Of a stretch of 64,000 bases of DNA, positions 50,992 to 59,361 are shown piece after piece (the first letter of the stretch is position 1; every line of letters begins with the position of its first letter). This DNA comes from an uncultured Pseudomonadales bacterium (GTDB taxonomy: Bacteria; Patescibacteriota; Microgenomatia; UBA1400; UBA1396). A program made the translations under genes and the position numbers. Location of the stretch: assembly GCA_964603945.1 (NCBI GenBank), contig CAZRWP010000005.1, positions 432-64,431 on the forward strand, given 5' to 3'. The notes beneath the pieces were generated by a model. That model saw only the letters and a program-made list of their open reading frames with translations, was not told the DNA's origin and did no database searches.

Positions 50992-51645
50992 CTATCTCAG
51001 AAATCTCTGTAAAGCTCGCGTCGCAATCTCAACATTTTCTTTTTCGATAATAAAAGAAAACTCTGTGTAGGTAGAGATCACTTCAGTAAAGTTAATTTTG
51101 TGCACGGCCAACGCAGCTTGCAGGGTATACAGTACATTCGGTACAGCGAGATACTCTTTTGAGAAACGAACGGTAAGGCCCACTCGATCCCGATAAATAA
51201 CTTTTGGCGATTCACCAAAGTGGTGCACAATATCCTCTAAAAGTACCTGTGGCGCAACAATCGTAATTTCCGACATGCTTTGCGTTACCGTAAAAAAGGC
51301 ATTCTCATCAAGCTCAATGTGGTTATATAAACTGATCATCTGTTTACGTGCCAGCTCGGTTTTACTGAACGAAATATCACACAACGGTGATTTTATGCTC
51401 AAATCATCTATGACCACCTGAGGTCGTAACGTGGTTGAACCATTCATCTCCTGTGCGATTCGCGTCAATGCCACCACCACCGTTCCTTTTTTCACCTCTT
51501 TAAACGTTCTCGCTTCAATGGAGGGCACAATCTGTTCCGCATACGCACTGAAGTTCAACAAACCCGACTGCAGAGCCTGCAGCGCTATGTCGTCTTCCAG
51601 TACATGTGACCTGGTGGCGTCGGTAATCGTTATCATATTTGTCAT
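50992..51645 (-). CDS. Hypothetical protein, possible ACT-domain (ACT_7-like) regulatory protein
   Basis: 217 aa. The C-terminal ...VISTYTEFSFIIEKENVEIA resembles ACT_7 domain ends. This is weak motif-level evidence only. It is the first gene of the GC-richer island. Confidence 0.35.
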   Translation of the reverse strand: MTNMITITDATRSHVLEDDIALQALQSGLLNFSAYAEQIVPSIEARTFKEVKKGTVVVALTRIAQEMNGSTTLRPQVVIDDLSIKSPLCDISFSKTELARKQMISLYNHIELDENAFFTVTQSMSEITIVAPQVLLEDIVHHFGESPKVIYRDRVGLTVRFSKEYLAVPNVLYTLQAALAVHKINFTEVISTYTEFSFIIEKENVEIATRALQRFLR

Positions 51646-51747
51646 ATTTATTACAATTTATACTTTTTTGTTAAATAGTTTTAATTATTTTACATTATAT
51701 CAGTCCAAAAGTACAATCCGACGCAGACAAAGAAAAAAAGGAAACCT

Positions 51748-52650
51748 ATGTCAGCAGAACAACAACCACCAACAGGCGAAGCCGTACAAAGCTTGTACAG
51801 CGGCGTCGATCATAATGCCAGCTGGGAGCGGAGCTACAACGCAGACGGTCGGGTCTTTATAAATCCACGTCGATTGCACGAAGCTTGGGAGGAGTTTCAG
51901 CAGAACTCACAGCGCCATGGTCGCCGTCGAGCAATCATGCGGTGTTACGTGACCCAAGAGGTGCTCAATCACAGTTCTCATTTACCGATTGAAGCAGTCG
52001 TTCCCATGGGAAACGAGTACTTGATTTGGATTGGACAGAATCAACACCCTCAAGTGTCCACCCAGGGACCTTACGCGAGCCGCACACCGTCTGAGTCCAC
52101 GCCCTTACATCGTGAGTACTACCTAGATACAGAGGTCAACAGCAGCGATATAGATCAATTAATTGAGTTGTGGGGGCAGTTTGGCTGGACACCACAAGCC
52201 ATCCGTAACTTTGTACGCAACAATGCCAACGGCAACCCCATTGCCCTCATTCGCACCATGGAGCAAGAGGCCGTCGGCGTGATGATTGCCGAGTCGGCGG
52301 AGTTTGGCGCCCATCGGTTGGTCGAAATCACCGAACTGGCGGTTCATCCCGACCATCGTGGGCAACATTTGGCCAGTGTGCTGATTCGAGAACTTTCGCG
52401 ACTGAGTTTGGAACGCTGGGAAGATGCTTTGGTTTTTGGTGAATACAACCTGACCACCCGTTCATACCAATCCGCTGCCCGAGCAAGCCAACTACCAGCA
52501 GTAACCGGAAGGGTGGATGGCGTTCTCCGTGATCACGTGGGAATCACAACCGGCGAGGGAAATCAGGTGATTGCTCCATGGGACACCCAGTGGCTGCACA
52601 ACTTCCTGGTGATGTACCAACCCAACCGCCGACTCCATCGTTATCGTTAA
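51748..52650 (+). CDS. GNAT family N-acetyltransferase with about 120-aa N-terminal extension (AcuA-like?)
   Basis: Acetyl-CoA-binding motif A ELAVHPDHRGQHLASVLIRELS. RBS AAAGGAAA. High-GC codon usage. Confidence 0.55.
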   Translation: MSAEQQPPTGEAVQSLYSGVDHNASWERSYNADGRVFINPRRLHEAWEEFQQNSQRHGRRRAIMRCYVTQEVLNHSSHLPIEAVVPMGNEYLIWIGQNQHPQVSTQGPYASRTPSESTPLHREYYLDTEVNSSDIDQLIELWGQFGWTPQAIRNFVRNNANGNPIALIRTMEQEAVGVMIAESAEFGAHRLVEITELAVHPDHRGQHLASVLIRELSRLSLERWEDALVFGEYNLTTRSYQSAARASQLPAVTGRVDGVLRDHVGITTGEGNQVIAPWDTQWLHNFLVMYQPNRRLHRYR

Positions 52651-52677
52651 TGAAGTAAAAGGAACACAAGAAACACT

Positions 52678-53682
52678 ATGAACATTTATTATAACTCACT
52701 CCACCATCGACATCGGCCACCCAACGAAATCTTCAATGGCAATCGCGATCCGCACCAAGAGGTGCCAGAACGCATTGATCACATTGTCAGTGCCTTGGAG
52801 GATATCAACCATACACTCATTGACACTCAACCCAGCGAGCAAGAGCAGCAAGACCTACTCACCGTACTCCATGAACTCCACACACGTGATTACCTGGGGT
52901 ACCTCCAAAACACCGAGTTTGGGGAAGAGTGCGTGTATCCAAGTGTGTTTTCGTATCGTCCAGAGGAACCTGCCTCAACACATCCGGTGGCCCAACGCGG
53001 GTTTTTCAGTTTCGATACGTACACTCCACTCAGTAGCACAACATTCCTGGCTGCGTTGCAGTCCGCTTACTTAGCACAACGGGCAGCCCTGGAAACGCTC
53101 AGCCATACTGGAGTTCAGTACGCACTCTGCCGGCCACCTGGTCACCACGCGGAATCAGCCCGCATGGGTGGATACTGCTACCTCAATAATGGCGCGGTGG
53201 CTGCCCAGACGTTGCGTAATGCGGATGAGCAGAATCGAGTAGCAATCCTGGACGTCGATTTTCATCATGGGAATGGGGCAGAGCAGATTTTTGGCGAAAC
53301 TGAGGAAATCCTGACCGTATCTTTGCATGCCGATCCCAATGAGCGCTTCCCGTTCTTCTCTGGACAAGAAACCGATGCCTACGTGAGCAACCACAACTTT
53401 CCATTGCCACTGGGTACAACCAATGCGCAGTACGAACAGGCGCTCGATGCGGCACTCGAACGCATCCAGCAGCACCGATCGTCGCACCTGGTGGTGTGCT
53501 TTGGAGCCGATACACACCAAAGTGATCCGATCGGTGGGTTTCTGCTTACCACGGACTTTTATACAACCATGGCCCGCCACATACGGGCCTTAGGCATTCC
53601 AACCGTCATCATCCAAGAGGGTGGCTACAACACCAGTGTTCTGGGCACCAACGTCGACGCCTTTTTGGCCGGCTTTCAGTAA
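52678..53682 (+). CDS. Histone deacetylase-family protein (AcuC/acetoin-utilisation or acetylpolyamine amidohydrolase type)
   Basis: Classic HDAC motifs CRPPGHHAE, DVDFHHGNG and EGGYN. Confidence 0.85.
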   Translation: MNIYYNSLHHRHRPPNEIFNGNRDPHQEVPERIDHIVSALEDINHTLIDTQPSEQEQQDLLTVLHELHTRDYLGYLQNTEFGEECVYPSVFSYRPEEPASTHPVAQRGFFSFDTYTPLSSTTFLAALQSAYLAQRAALETLSHTGVQYALCRPPGHHAESARMGGYCYLNNGAVAAQTLRNADEQNRVAILDVDFHHGNGAEQIFGETEEILTVSLHADPNERFPFFSGQETDAYVSNHNFPLPLGTTNAQYEQALDAALERIQQHRSSHLVVCFGADTHQSDPIGGFLLTTDFYTTMARHIRALGIPTVIIQEGGYNTSVLGTNVDAFLAGFQ

Positions 53683-53698
53683 ACTTTAGAGAGTACAT

Positions 53699-55207
53699 AT
53701 GGCACAATCCAGACTTCAAACCATGCGTGACGAACGCCTCGCAAAACTGCATCAACTGCAAGCATTGGGGATTCAAACCTACCCATCACACTCCCATCGG
53801 GACTACAGCAATCAGTATGCGGTTGAGAACTCCGCGCAACTCCAAGGTCAAACCCTTTCGCTGGTTGGGCGGGTCGTGTCTTTACGCCATCATGGCAAAT
53901 TAGCCTTCATTGATATCGAAGACGCGACCGGCTCAGTGCAGCTCTACGTAAAAAGAGATGTGTTGGAGCCACTGAACACTGAGCATCAAACCCTTGGATT
54001 TGAGCAACTCCGACTCCTGGATACCGGCGATTTTATTGAAGCTCGTGGCCAGATGACCACCACCAACAGCGGTCAAGTCTCGCTCATGCCTACCCACGTT
54101 CGATTACTGACCAAAGCGCTCAGGCCGCTGCCCACCCCACGTGATTTGGCCAGTGATCCTGAGTTTTTGTTTCGCCGCCGCTACGCCGATCTCGCCACCA
54201 ATGCCAGTCAACGCGCACTCTTTACGAGAAAAGCCGCATTCTGGCAAGCCAACCGTGATTTCCTGCAGCAAAATGGCTTTTTGGAAGTACAAGTGCCGGT
54301 ACTCGAACACGTCACCGGTGGCGCCGACGCGCGACCATTTGTCACGCATATGAATGCGCTGGATCAAGACTTTTTCTTACGCATCTCCACTGAGCTGTAC
54401 CAGAAAAGGCTCATTGGCGGCGGTTTTGAAAAAATCTATACGTTCGGCCCCAACTTTCGCAACGAGGGTATCAGTGACGAGCACTTACCCGAGTACTACC
54501 AGGTGGAATGGTACTGGGCCTATGCCGACTACAACGACAACATGGCATTAGTAGAAGAAATGTTCCAGTACATCGCCCAACAGGTCTACGGTACGTGCAC
54601 ATTTACCACCCGTGGGCATACGTTCCATCTAGACCAACCGTGGGAAAGAATCAGCTATCCCGACATCATTCAGGAGCGATTTGGTGTCGACATTTTTGAA
54701 ACACCAAATGATGAAATGCTGGCAATCATCCGACAGGCCGGTGTACACCTCACCGGTGCCATCAATCGCAATCGACTGATCGACAACCTGTGGAAACTCA
54801 TCCGCAAAGATATTTCTGGTCCGGCTTTCCTCATTAACGAGCCCGCCTTTATGTCACCCTTGTCGAAATCACGCCCTGATCGACCAGAATTGACCGAACG
54901 CTTCCACGTCATTATTGCCGGCAGCGAGCTCGGGAATGGCTACTCTGAGCTCAATAATCCACTGGAGCAATTTGATCGATTTCGAGACCAACAAGGCCAG
55001 CGCGATGATGGCGATGACGAAGCCCAGATGATGGATATCGATTACGTAGAAATGTTGGAGTACGGTATGCCGCCGACTTCCGGTTACGGCCACAGCGAGC
55101 GCATCTTCTGGTTTTTAGAAGATGTCACCTCCAAACAAGGAACGCTGTTCCCACCAGTCAAACACCGAGTTTCGTCGATTACGCGAACTATCTATGGGTT
55201 CGTGTAA
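53699..55207 (+). CDS. lysS: Lysine--tRNA ligase, class II
   Basis: N-terminal OB anticodon-binding domain, motif 2 (YTFGPNFRNEG), motif 3 (GYGHSERIFWFL). 502 aa. Confidence 0.9.
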   Translation: MAQSRLQTMRDERLAKLHQLQALGIQTYPSHSHRDYSNQYAVENSAQLQGQTLSLVGRVVSLRHHGKLAFIDIEDATGSVQLYVKRDVLEPLNTEHQTLGFEQLRLLDTGDFIEARGQMTTTNSGQVSLMPTHVRLLTKALRPLPTPRDLASDPEFLFRRRYADLATNASQRALFTRKAAFWQANRDFLQQNGFLEVQVPVLEHVTGGADARPFVTHMNALDQDFFLRISTELYQKRLIGGGFEKIYTFGPNFRNEGISDEHLPEYYQVEWYWAYADYNDNMALVEEMFQYIAQQVYGTCTFTTRGHTFHLDQPWERISYPDIIQERFGVDIFETPNDEMLAIIRQAGVHLTGAINRNRLIDNLWKLIRKDISGPAFLINEPAFMSPLSKSRPDRPELTERFHVIIAGSELGNGYSELNNPLEQFDRFRDQQGQRDDGDDEAQMMDIDYVEMLEYGMPPTSGYGHSERIFWFLEDVTSKQGTLFPPVKHRVSSITRTIYGFV

Positions 55208-55397
55208 CGCTTACACATGCGGCGCAGTGGAGGGAGTGGAAGTGAAAACCTTGTTCACTTTAGACACTTGGAGATATTAGATAGGAATTGAAGCAGGTCC
55301 TAATAGCGTCTCGAACTCTACCCATTTTTCAATTTTCATGGCTATCATTTGAATAATGATATATTTTGTTATATTTAGTTAAAACAGAAAGGCTATT

Positions 55398-55649
55398 ATG
55401 CGAAATTTAAAAGTAGAGGTCGTAAAAATTCAAATCATTTGATGATCTTAATGATGACATAGATGGGATAGTTGTTGGTGAGGTTAAATACTCTTGGGAG
55501 CTCAGAAAGCAAGATAAGCAAAAAGGCGTTTTTGGATACAGAGACAGCTATGGAATATTACTCAACTATTGGCACTTAATGGAATTGCTCACTCAGCAAG
55601 AGGGTTTAAACGCCGGCCTTGAAGATTACGATAATGTGTAAATGTTTCA
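55398..55649 (+). pseudogene. Possible frameshifted small ORF remnant
   Basis: MRNLKVEVVKIQII stops at TGA. The next frame continues DDLNDDIDGIVVGEVKYSWELRKQDK...EDYDNV. AT-rich context. No homology recognised. Confidence 0.2.
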
Positions 55650-55805
55650 TTAACTCTTAACGCTAAGCTCGAGTTAGTATTATAATTCTAGGAGATGACC
55701 TTTTGTGATCATTAAAACAAAGTACTATAAGTAAATACTTGATATCCTGAGCGGGAGCTAATCGAACATATTTGTTTTAGAGTTAAATTTCAATATTCTC
55801 AATTA

Positions 55806-55834
55806 TTGACAATTTGTAGCTTGCAACCTACAAT
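55806..55834 (+). promoter_or_regulatory. Promoter (TTGACA-N17-TACAAT) with overlapping operator-like inverted repeat, upstream of the toxin-antitoxin pair
   Basis: TTGACA 55806-55811, TACAAT 55829-55834. Inverted repeat ttgtag-N8-ctacaa (55814-55833) spans the spacer and -10. Confidence 0.45.
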
Positions 55835-55846
55835 TAAGAATAAATC

Positions 55847-56174
55847 ATGGAGATCCTAAAAACCGATATTTTCGACAAATGGTTGAAGAAAATAAAGGAC
55901 AAGAAAGCCAAAGCAATTATACAAGTCAATATTAACCGGCTAATGGAAGAAAACATCGGAAAAGCAAGGTCTGTTAGCGAAGGAGTCCATGAGAAGAAAA
56001 TTAACTACGGACCAGGATATAGACTCTATTTTTATAAACCATAATCAAAACATAATAGTTTTACTTTGTGGAGGAGACAAATCAACTCAACAAAATGATA
56101 TCAAGCAAGCTAAGCTTATTAGTAAAGAGATAAATAATGATCTGAAGGGAAAATATGAAGATAACAAATTATAA
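55847..56174 (+). pseudogene. HigB-like RelE/ParE-superfamily toxin (addiction-module killer protein), disrupted by a frameshift
   Basis: N-terminal part MEILKTDIFDKWLKKIKDKKAKAII...GPGYRLYFYKP ends at TAA near 56041. The conserved C-terminal block NIIVLLCGGDKSTQQNDIKQAKLI continues in the next frame (ORF 55989-56174). Confidence 0.65.
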
Positions 56175-56427
56175 CGCCACTGACTATTTAAAAACAGAAG
56201 AAGATATTAAAGAATACCTTAACGCTTCTTTTGCAACAGGGGATAATAAGCTTATTGCCAGAGCATTGGGCGATGTAGCAAAAATTAAAGGCATGAGCAA
56301 AATTGCCAAATCAACCAAGTTGGATAGAAGTAATTTATATAACTCACTCACTGTTGATGGAGATCCAAAATTGAGCACTCTAACTAAACTGATTGAAAGC
56401 TTTGGTTATACTTTTTCAATAAAATAA
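56155..56427 (+). CDS. HigA-family antitoxin (addiction-module antidote, HTH)
   Basis: 90 aa, MKITNYNATDYLKTEEDIKEYLNASF...LGDVAKIKGMSKIAKSTKLDRSNLYNSL matches the HigA antidote family. It overlaps the end of the toxin. Confidence 0.7.
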   Translation: MKITNYNATDYLKTEEDIKEYLNASFATGDNKLIARALGDVAKIKGMSKIAKSTKLDRSNLYNSLTVDGDPKLSTLTKLIESFGYTFSIK

Positions 56428-56490
56428 CTTTCATCAGCTAAACTTTGCCAAAACTCCGATTGAAAATCATCCGATTATTTTTGATATTAT

Positions 56491-56694
56491 ATGTTAGTGC
56501 AATGGTTAGGAATATTAACAGGATTTTTTAGTGGGATGGTCTGGGAGATGATTGCCACCGCGCCTTATAAAAATCACCAAACATTAATTAATAGCATTTT
56601 GCTCGATAACTATAATAAGTTGATTCATTTACATCACTGGGTACTCTATTTTTTTTCTAATAATCCTTCTAGTCATTTGGTCTGCCCGAACTGA
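56491..56694 (+). CDS. Small hydrophobic ORF, possibly a remnant of a membrane-protein gene
   Basis: 67-aa ORF with an N-terminal hydrophobic segment. Further hydrophobic coding-like fragments follow in other frames to about 56800. Confidence 0.2.
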   Translation: MLVQWLGILTGFFSGMVWEMIATAPYKNHQTLINSILLDNYNKLIHLHHWVLYFFSNNPSSHLVCPN

Positions 56695-56858
56695 TCGTCT
56701 CTTTCATCCTGCTGTTTTAATGATTATTTTCTTTTTATTGGGTGCCATCGCTTTCAATTATTATAAATATCAGGATTTTTTTATCTTTTTAAAGTAGTCC
56801 AATATCAATTAATACTTTCAAATGTATCCGTTAAGCAATTACCTGCTAAAATTCCTTT

Positions 56859-57395
56859 GTGATAACTAAAACTAATCATATAAAAACAAATTCGCTCTTT
56901 GGAAATCTTCATCGACCCCAACACGTTTTGATTGTCTTGATTGATCAGGACGGTAACTTTCTTTTAGGTCATAAGCCAAATTTTTACCCAAGCGGCATTT
57001 ACCGTTTTGTAGGTGGTGGTGTAAAGAAGGATGAGGAACCAGACACAGCAGTTGAACGAGAATTTGAAGAAGAGCTTGGTCTCAAGCCATGCCAACAAAA
57101 ACTTAAATTTCTGGCTCAGGTGAATACGATTGCTAACTATAACAACCAAGAATATACAAACCAAACGTTTCTGTATCTATATCAACTTGATGGCGAAGAA
57201 GCATTCAAAGCTGGCGATGACATTGAAGATTTAATTAATTTTACTCCCTTGGAGCTTCAAGAACTAATTTATGATTACTATAAACTAGATGATGATAACT
57301 GGTTTATTGTTAATGGCGAACCAATTCACTGCTGGTCAGATTACGGAAAAATGTATGGCTATATACATCAAGTGGCTCTGGACTTAGTTAGTTAA
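56859..57395 (+). CDS. NUDIX hydrolase
   Basis: Nudix box GGGVKKDEEPDTAVEREFEEELGL (GX5EX7REUXEEXGU). Confidence 0.8.
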   Translation: MITKTNHIKTNSLFGNLHRPQHVLIVLIDQDGNFLLGHKPNFYPSGIYRFVGGGVKKDEEPDTAVEREFEEELGLKPCQQKLKFLAQVNTIANYNNQEYTNQTFLYLYQLDGEEAFKAGDDIEDLINFTPLELQELIYDYYKLDDDNWFIVNGEPIHCWSDYGKMYGYIHQVALDLVS

Positions 57396-57544
57396 TAATA
57401 AAGGGGAAAGTAATTTGATATATAAGGAATATTTATTTATATAATAAGATGATAAGTATGAAATTACTCTTAACCTCGGCTGGCTTATCTAATCAATCAA
57501 TTGTCAAAGCATTATAGAATTTACTGGGCAAATCTGCCAATGGT

Positions 57545-58105
57545 GTGAAGTTAGCTTTTATCCCAACAGCAGCCAACGTCGAAGCTGGTGACAAGCATTG
57601 GATGATTGATGACTTTAATAATTGCCGCCAAGCTGGACTGGAAATTGATATCGTTGATATCTCTGCAACTGCTAAAGATGTCTGGCTACCAAGAATTCAA
57701 ACTACAGAAGTTTTGCTTTTTGGTGGCGGCAACACTTTTCATCTTAGACATTGGCTGAAAAAGTCGGGTCTTGAGGAAATATTGCCCGATTTACTTAAAT
57801 CTAGAGTTTATGTTGGTATCAGTGCCGGAAGCTGTATCGTTGGACCTACAATCTATAATTCCGTTCAAAATTTGTTTGGTGAAAAGTATGAATTAGAGAT
57901 AAAAGATGGATTAGGATTAGTTAGTCTCCAATTTATTCTCCATCTCAACTCAGATTATTTTGTTAAAATCCGCAAGGAAAATCTTAAAGTGGCGTCAAAG
58001 GATATCAAGGAGCCAGTCTATGCCTTGGACGATCAATCAGCTCTAATAGTTAATAACCAAGAAATCGAGGTCGTCAGTGAAGGTACTTGGTATCGTTTTA
58101 ACTAA
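57545..58105 (+). CDS. Peptidase S51 family (peptidase E/cyanophycinase-like); N-terminal 19 codons cut off by an in-frame TAG
   Basis: GISAGSCIVG nucleophile-serine motif, FGGGNTFHL. The ORF as given starts at GTG 57545. In-frame upstream ATG 57458 encodes the conserved family N-terminus MKLLLTSAGLSNQSIVKAL, followed by TAG at 57515-57517. Confidence 0.7.
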   Translation: MKLAFIPTAANVEAGDKHWMIDDFNNCRQAGLEIDIVDISATAKDVWLPRIQTTEVLLFGGGNTFHLRHWLKKSGLEEILPDLLKSRVYVGISAGSCIVGPTIYNSVQNLFGEKYELEIKDGLGLVSLQFILHLNSDYFVKIRKENLKVASKDIKEPVYALDDQSALIVNNQEIEVVSEGTWYRFN

Positions 58106-59232
58106 TTTTTAGGCTTTTTGGCATTAATTAACGGGTTATATTTAAGATTTAGTTTGATTTTGTCCCGTTCCTGCCAAATCAACCCAGCTACAAAAACTAG
58201 CACACCTAAAGCGGCCATGGCTTCCGCAAATTCGTTGACTATGACAGTGTCCCAATCAGCAAATCTATCTGCAGAATAGCCATATTCTGGAGTTAAATAG
58301 CGCTGAATTGACAACTGCAAAAAATAAATTGAGGTCACAAATCCGGGCAGCCAGCGAGAAACAATTTTCGCCTTGGCTTTAAACAACTTATCAGCCAGCA
58401 GCTTGAAAGCCGGCAGCACGGCTCCAGCCAAAATCCCAATCGCCACATAAGCCGGAACCACATGGTAGTAAATGCTTTTAAGATTATGCAATGTTATTTC
58501 ATGCTGAAGATTCTGCTCAGCGATAACGGCTGGCGTGGAGATGCCTAATATTCTTTGGCCCCATGAAACTTCTTCGCCGCCGATTACAAATAAACCAATC
58601 GCCGCCAAAAGCAAACCGAATTTAATTATTTTAGGCTCAATGTGCTGCTGCAGCCAAAAAAAGCCAAAACTGCTGATAATGAAAAACAGGGCAGTCGAGT
58701 ATTCAACAATTGAATCTTCCGCTATTAAGGTTAAAAATAGCTTGTTTTCAAATCTATATAAGTAGAGCATCAGACAGTAAAGCGGTATGGGCAGCAAGAA
58801 TGACAATATCTGGCCTCGCCGACGTAAATAACTCCATGGTAATGAAATTACGAAAAGCGAGGTCAGGATTATCGAAAAATATAATATTTCTTCGCCAAAA
58901 ATCCGATAAGCGGTAAAGCCATAATTAAACTCATAAATAAATTCCAGAAAATTAACCAGTAAACCCAACAGCAAGTGACTTATAGTCACAAGCAAAGTGA
59001 CGTCATGCACCTTGTGACTTACTAAACTAATCTTTTTGAAATCCAGTATCCTAATCATCAACAAACCAAAGGCGGCCAACAAATAAAAATAGCTTGAGGA
59101 AATGCCGATTCTTATCTGCCAATAGTCAGGAAATAACCGCCACTCTTGATACCCAACGATTAGTACACATAAAAACATGATTGATACAGCCAGTTGAGCG
59201 AAATATTCGCGAATCAAAGATTTATTAAGCAC
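58102..59232 (-). CDS. Hypothetical polytopic membrane protein
   Basis: 376 aa with about 9-10 hydrophobic helices. No family recognised. Confidence 0.5.
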   Translation of the reverse strand: MLNKSLIREYFAQLAVSIMFLCVLIVGYQEWRLFPDYWQIRIGISSSYFYLLAAFGLLMIRILDFKKISLVSHKVHDVTLLVTISHLLLGLLVNFLEFIYEFNYGFTAYRIFGEEILYFSIILTSLFVISLPWSYLRRRGQILSFLLPIPLYCLMLYLYRFENKLFLTLIAEDSIVEYSTALFFIISSFGFFWLQQHIEPKIIKFGLLLAAIGLFVIGGEEVSWGQRILGISTPAVIAEQNLQHEITLHNLKSIYYHVVPAYVAIGILAGAVLPAFKLLADKLFKAKAKIVSRWLPGFVTSIYFLQLSIQRYLTPEYGYSADRFADWDTVIVNEFAEAMAALGVLVFVAGLIWQERDKIKLNLKYNPLINAKKPKN

Positions 59233-59361
59233 TAAAGTAATTGTAACAATTTATTTATGATTGAACACTAAATAATTAAACTTAAAACGGAGCTACAATT
59301 AAACCAACGGTTATTGCTACAATCATCAAATAATCTTTAGACAAAAAGAAATGATATCTAA

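Noticed and set aside
51431-51862. 143-aa plus-strand ORF
   Set aside because: It is antisense to the 5' part of the 50992-51645 gene and runs through its promoter region. It has low-complexity Cys/Ser-rich composition and no RBS.
55208-55340. Direct repeat of the tRNA-His 3' end marking the right-hand boundary of the GC-rich island
   Set aside because: Only a vague resemblance (tcgaactctaccc versus ttcgagtcccgtttacc) was found, not a convincing att repeat. The island boundary is supported by composition only.
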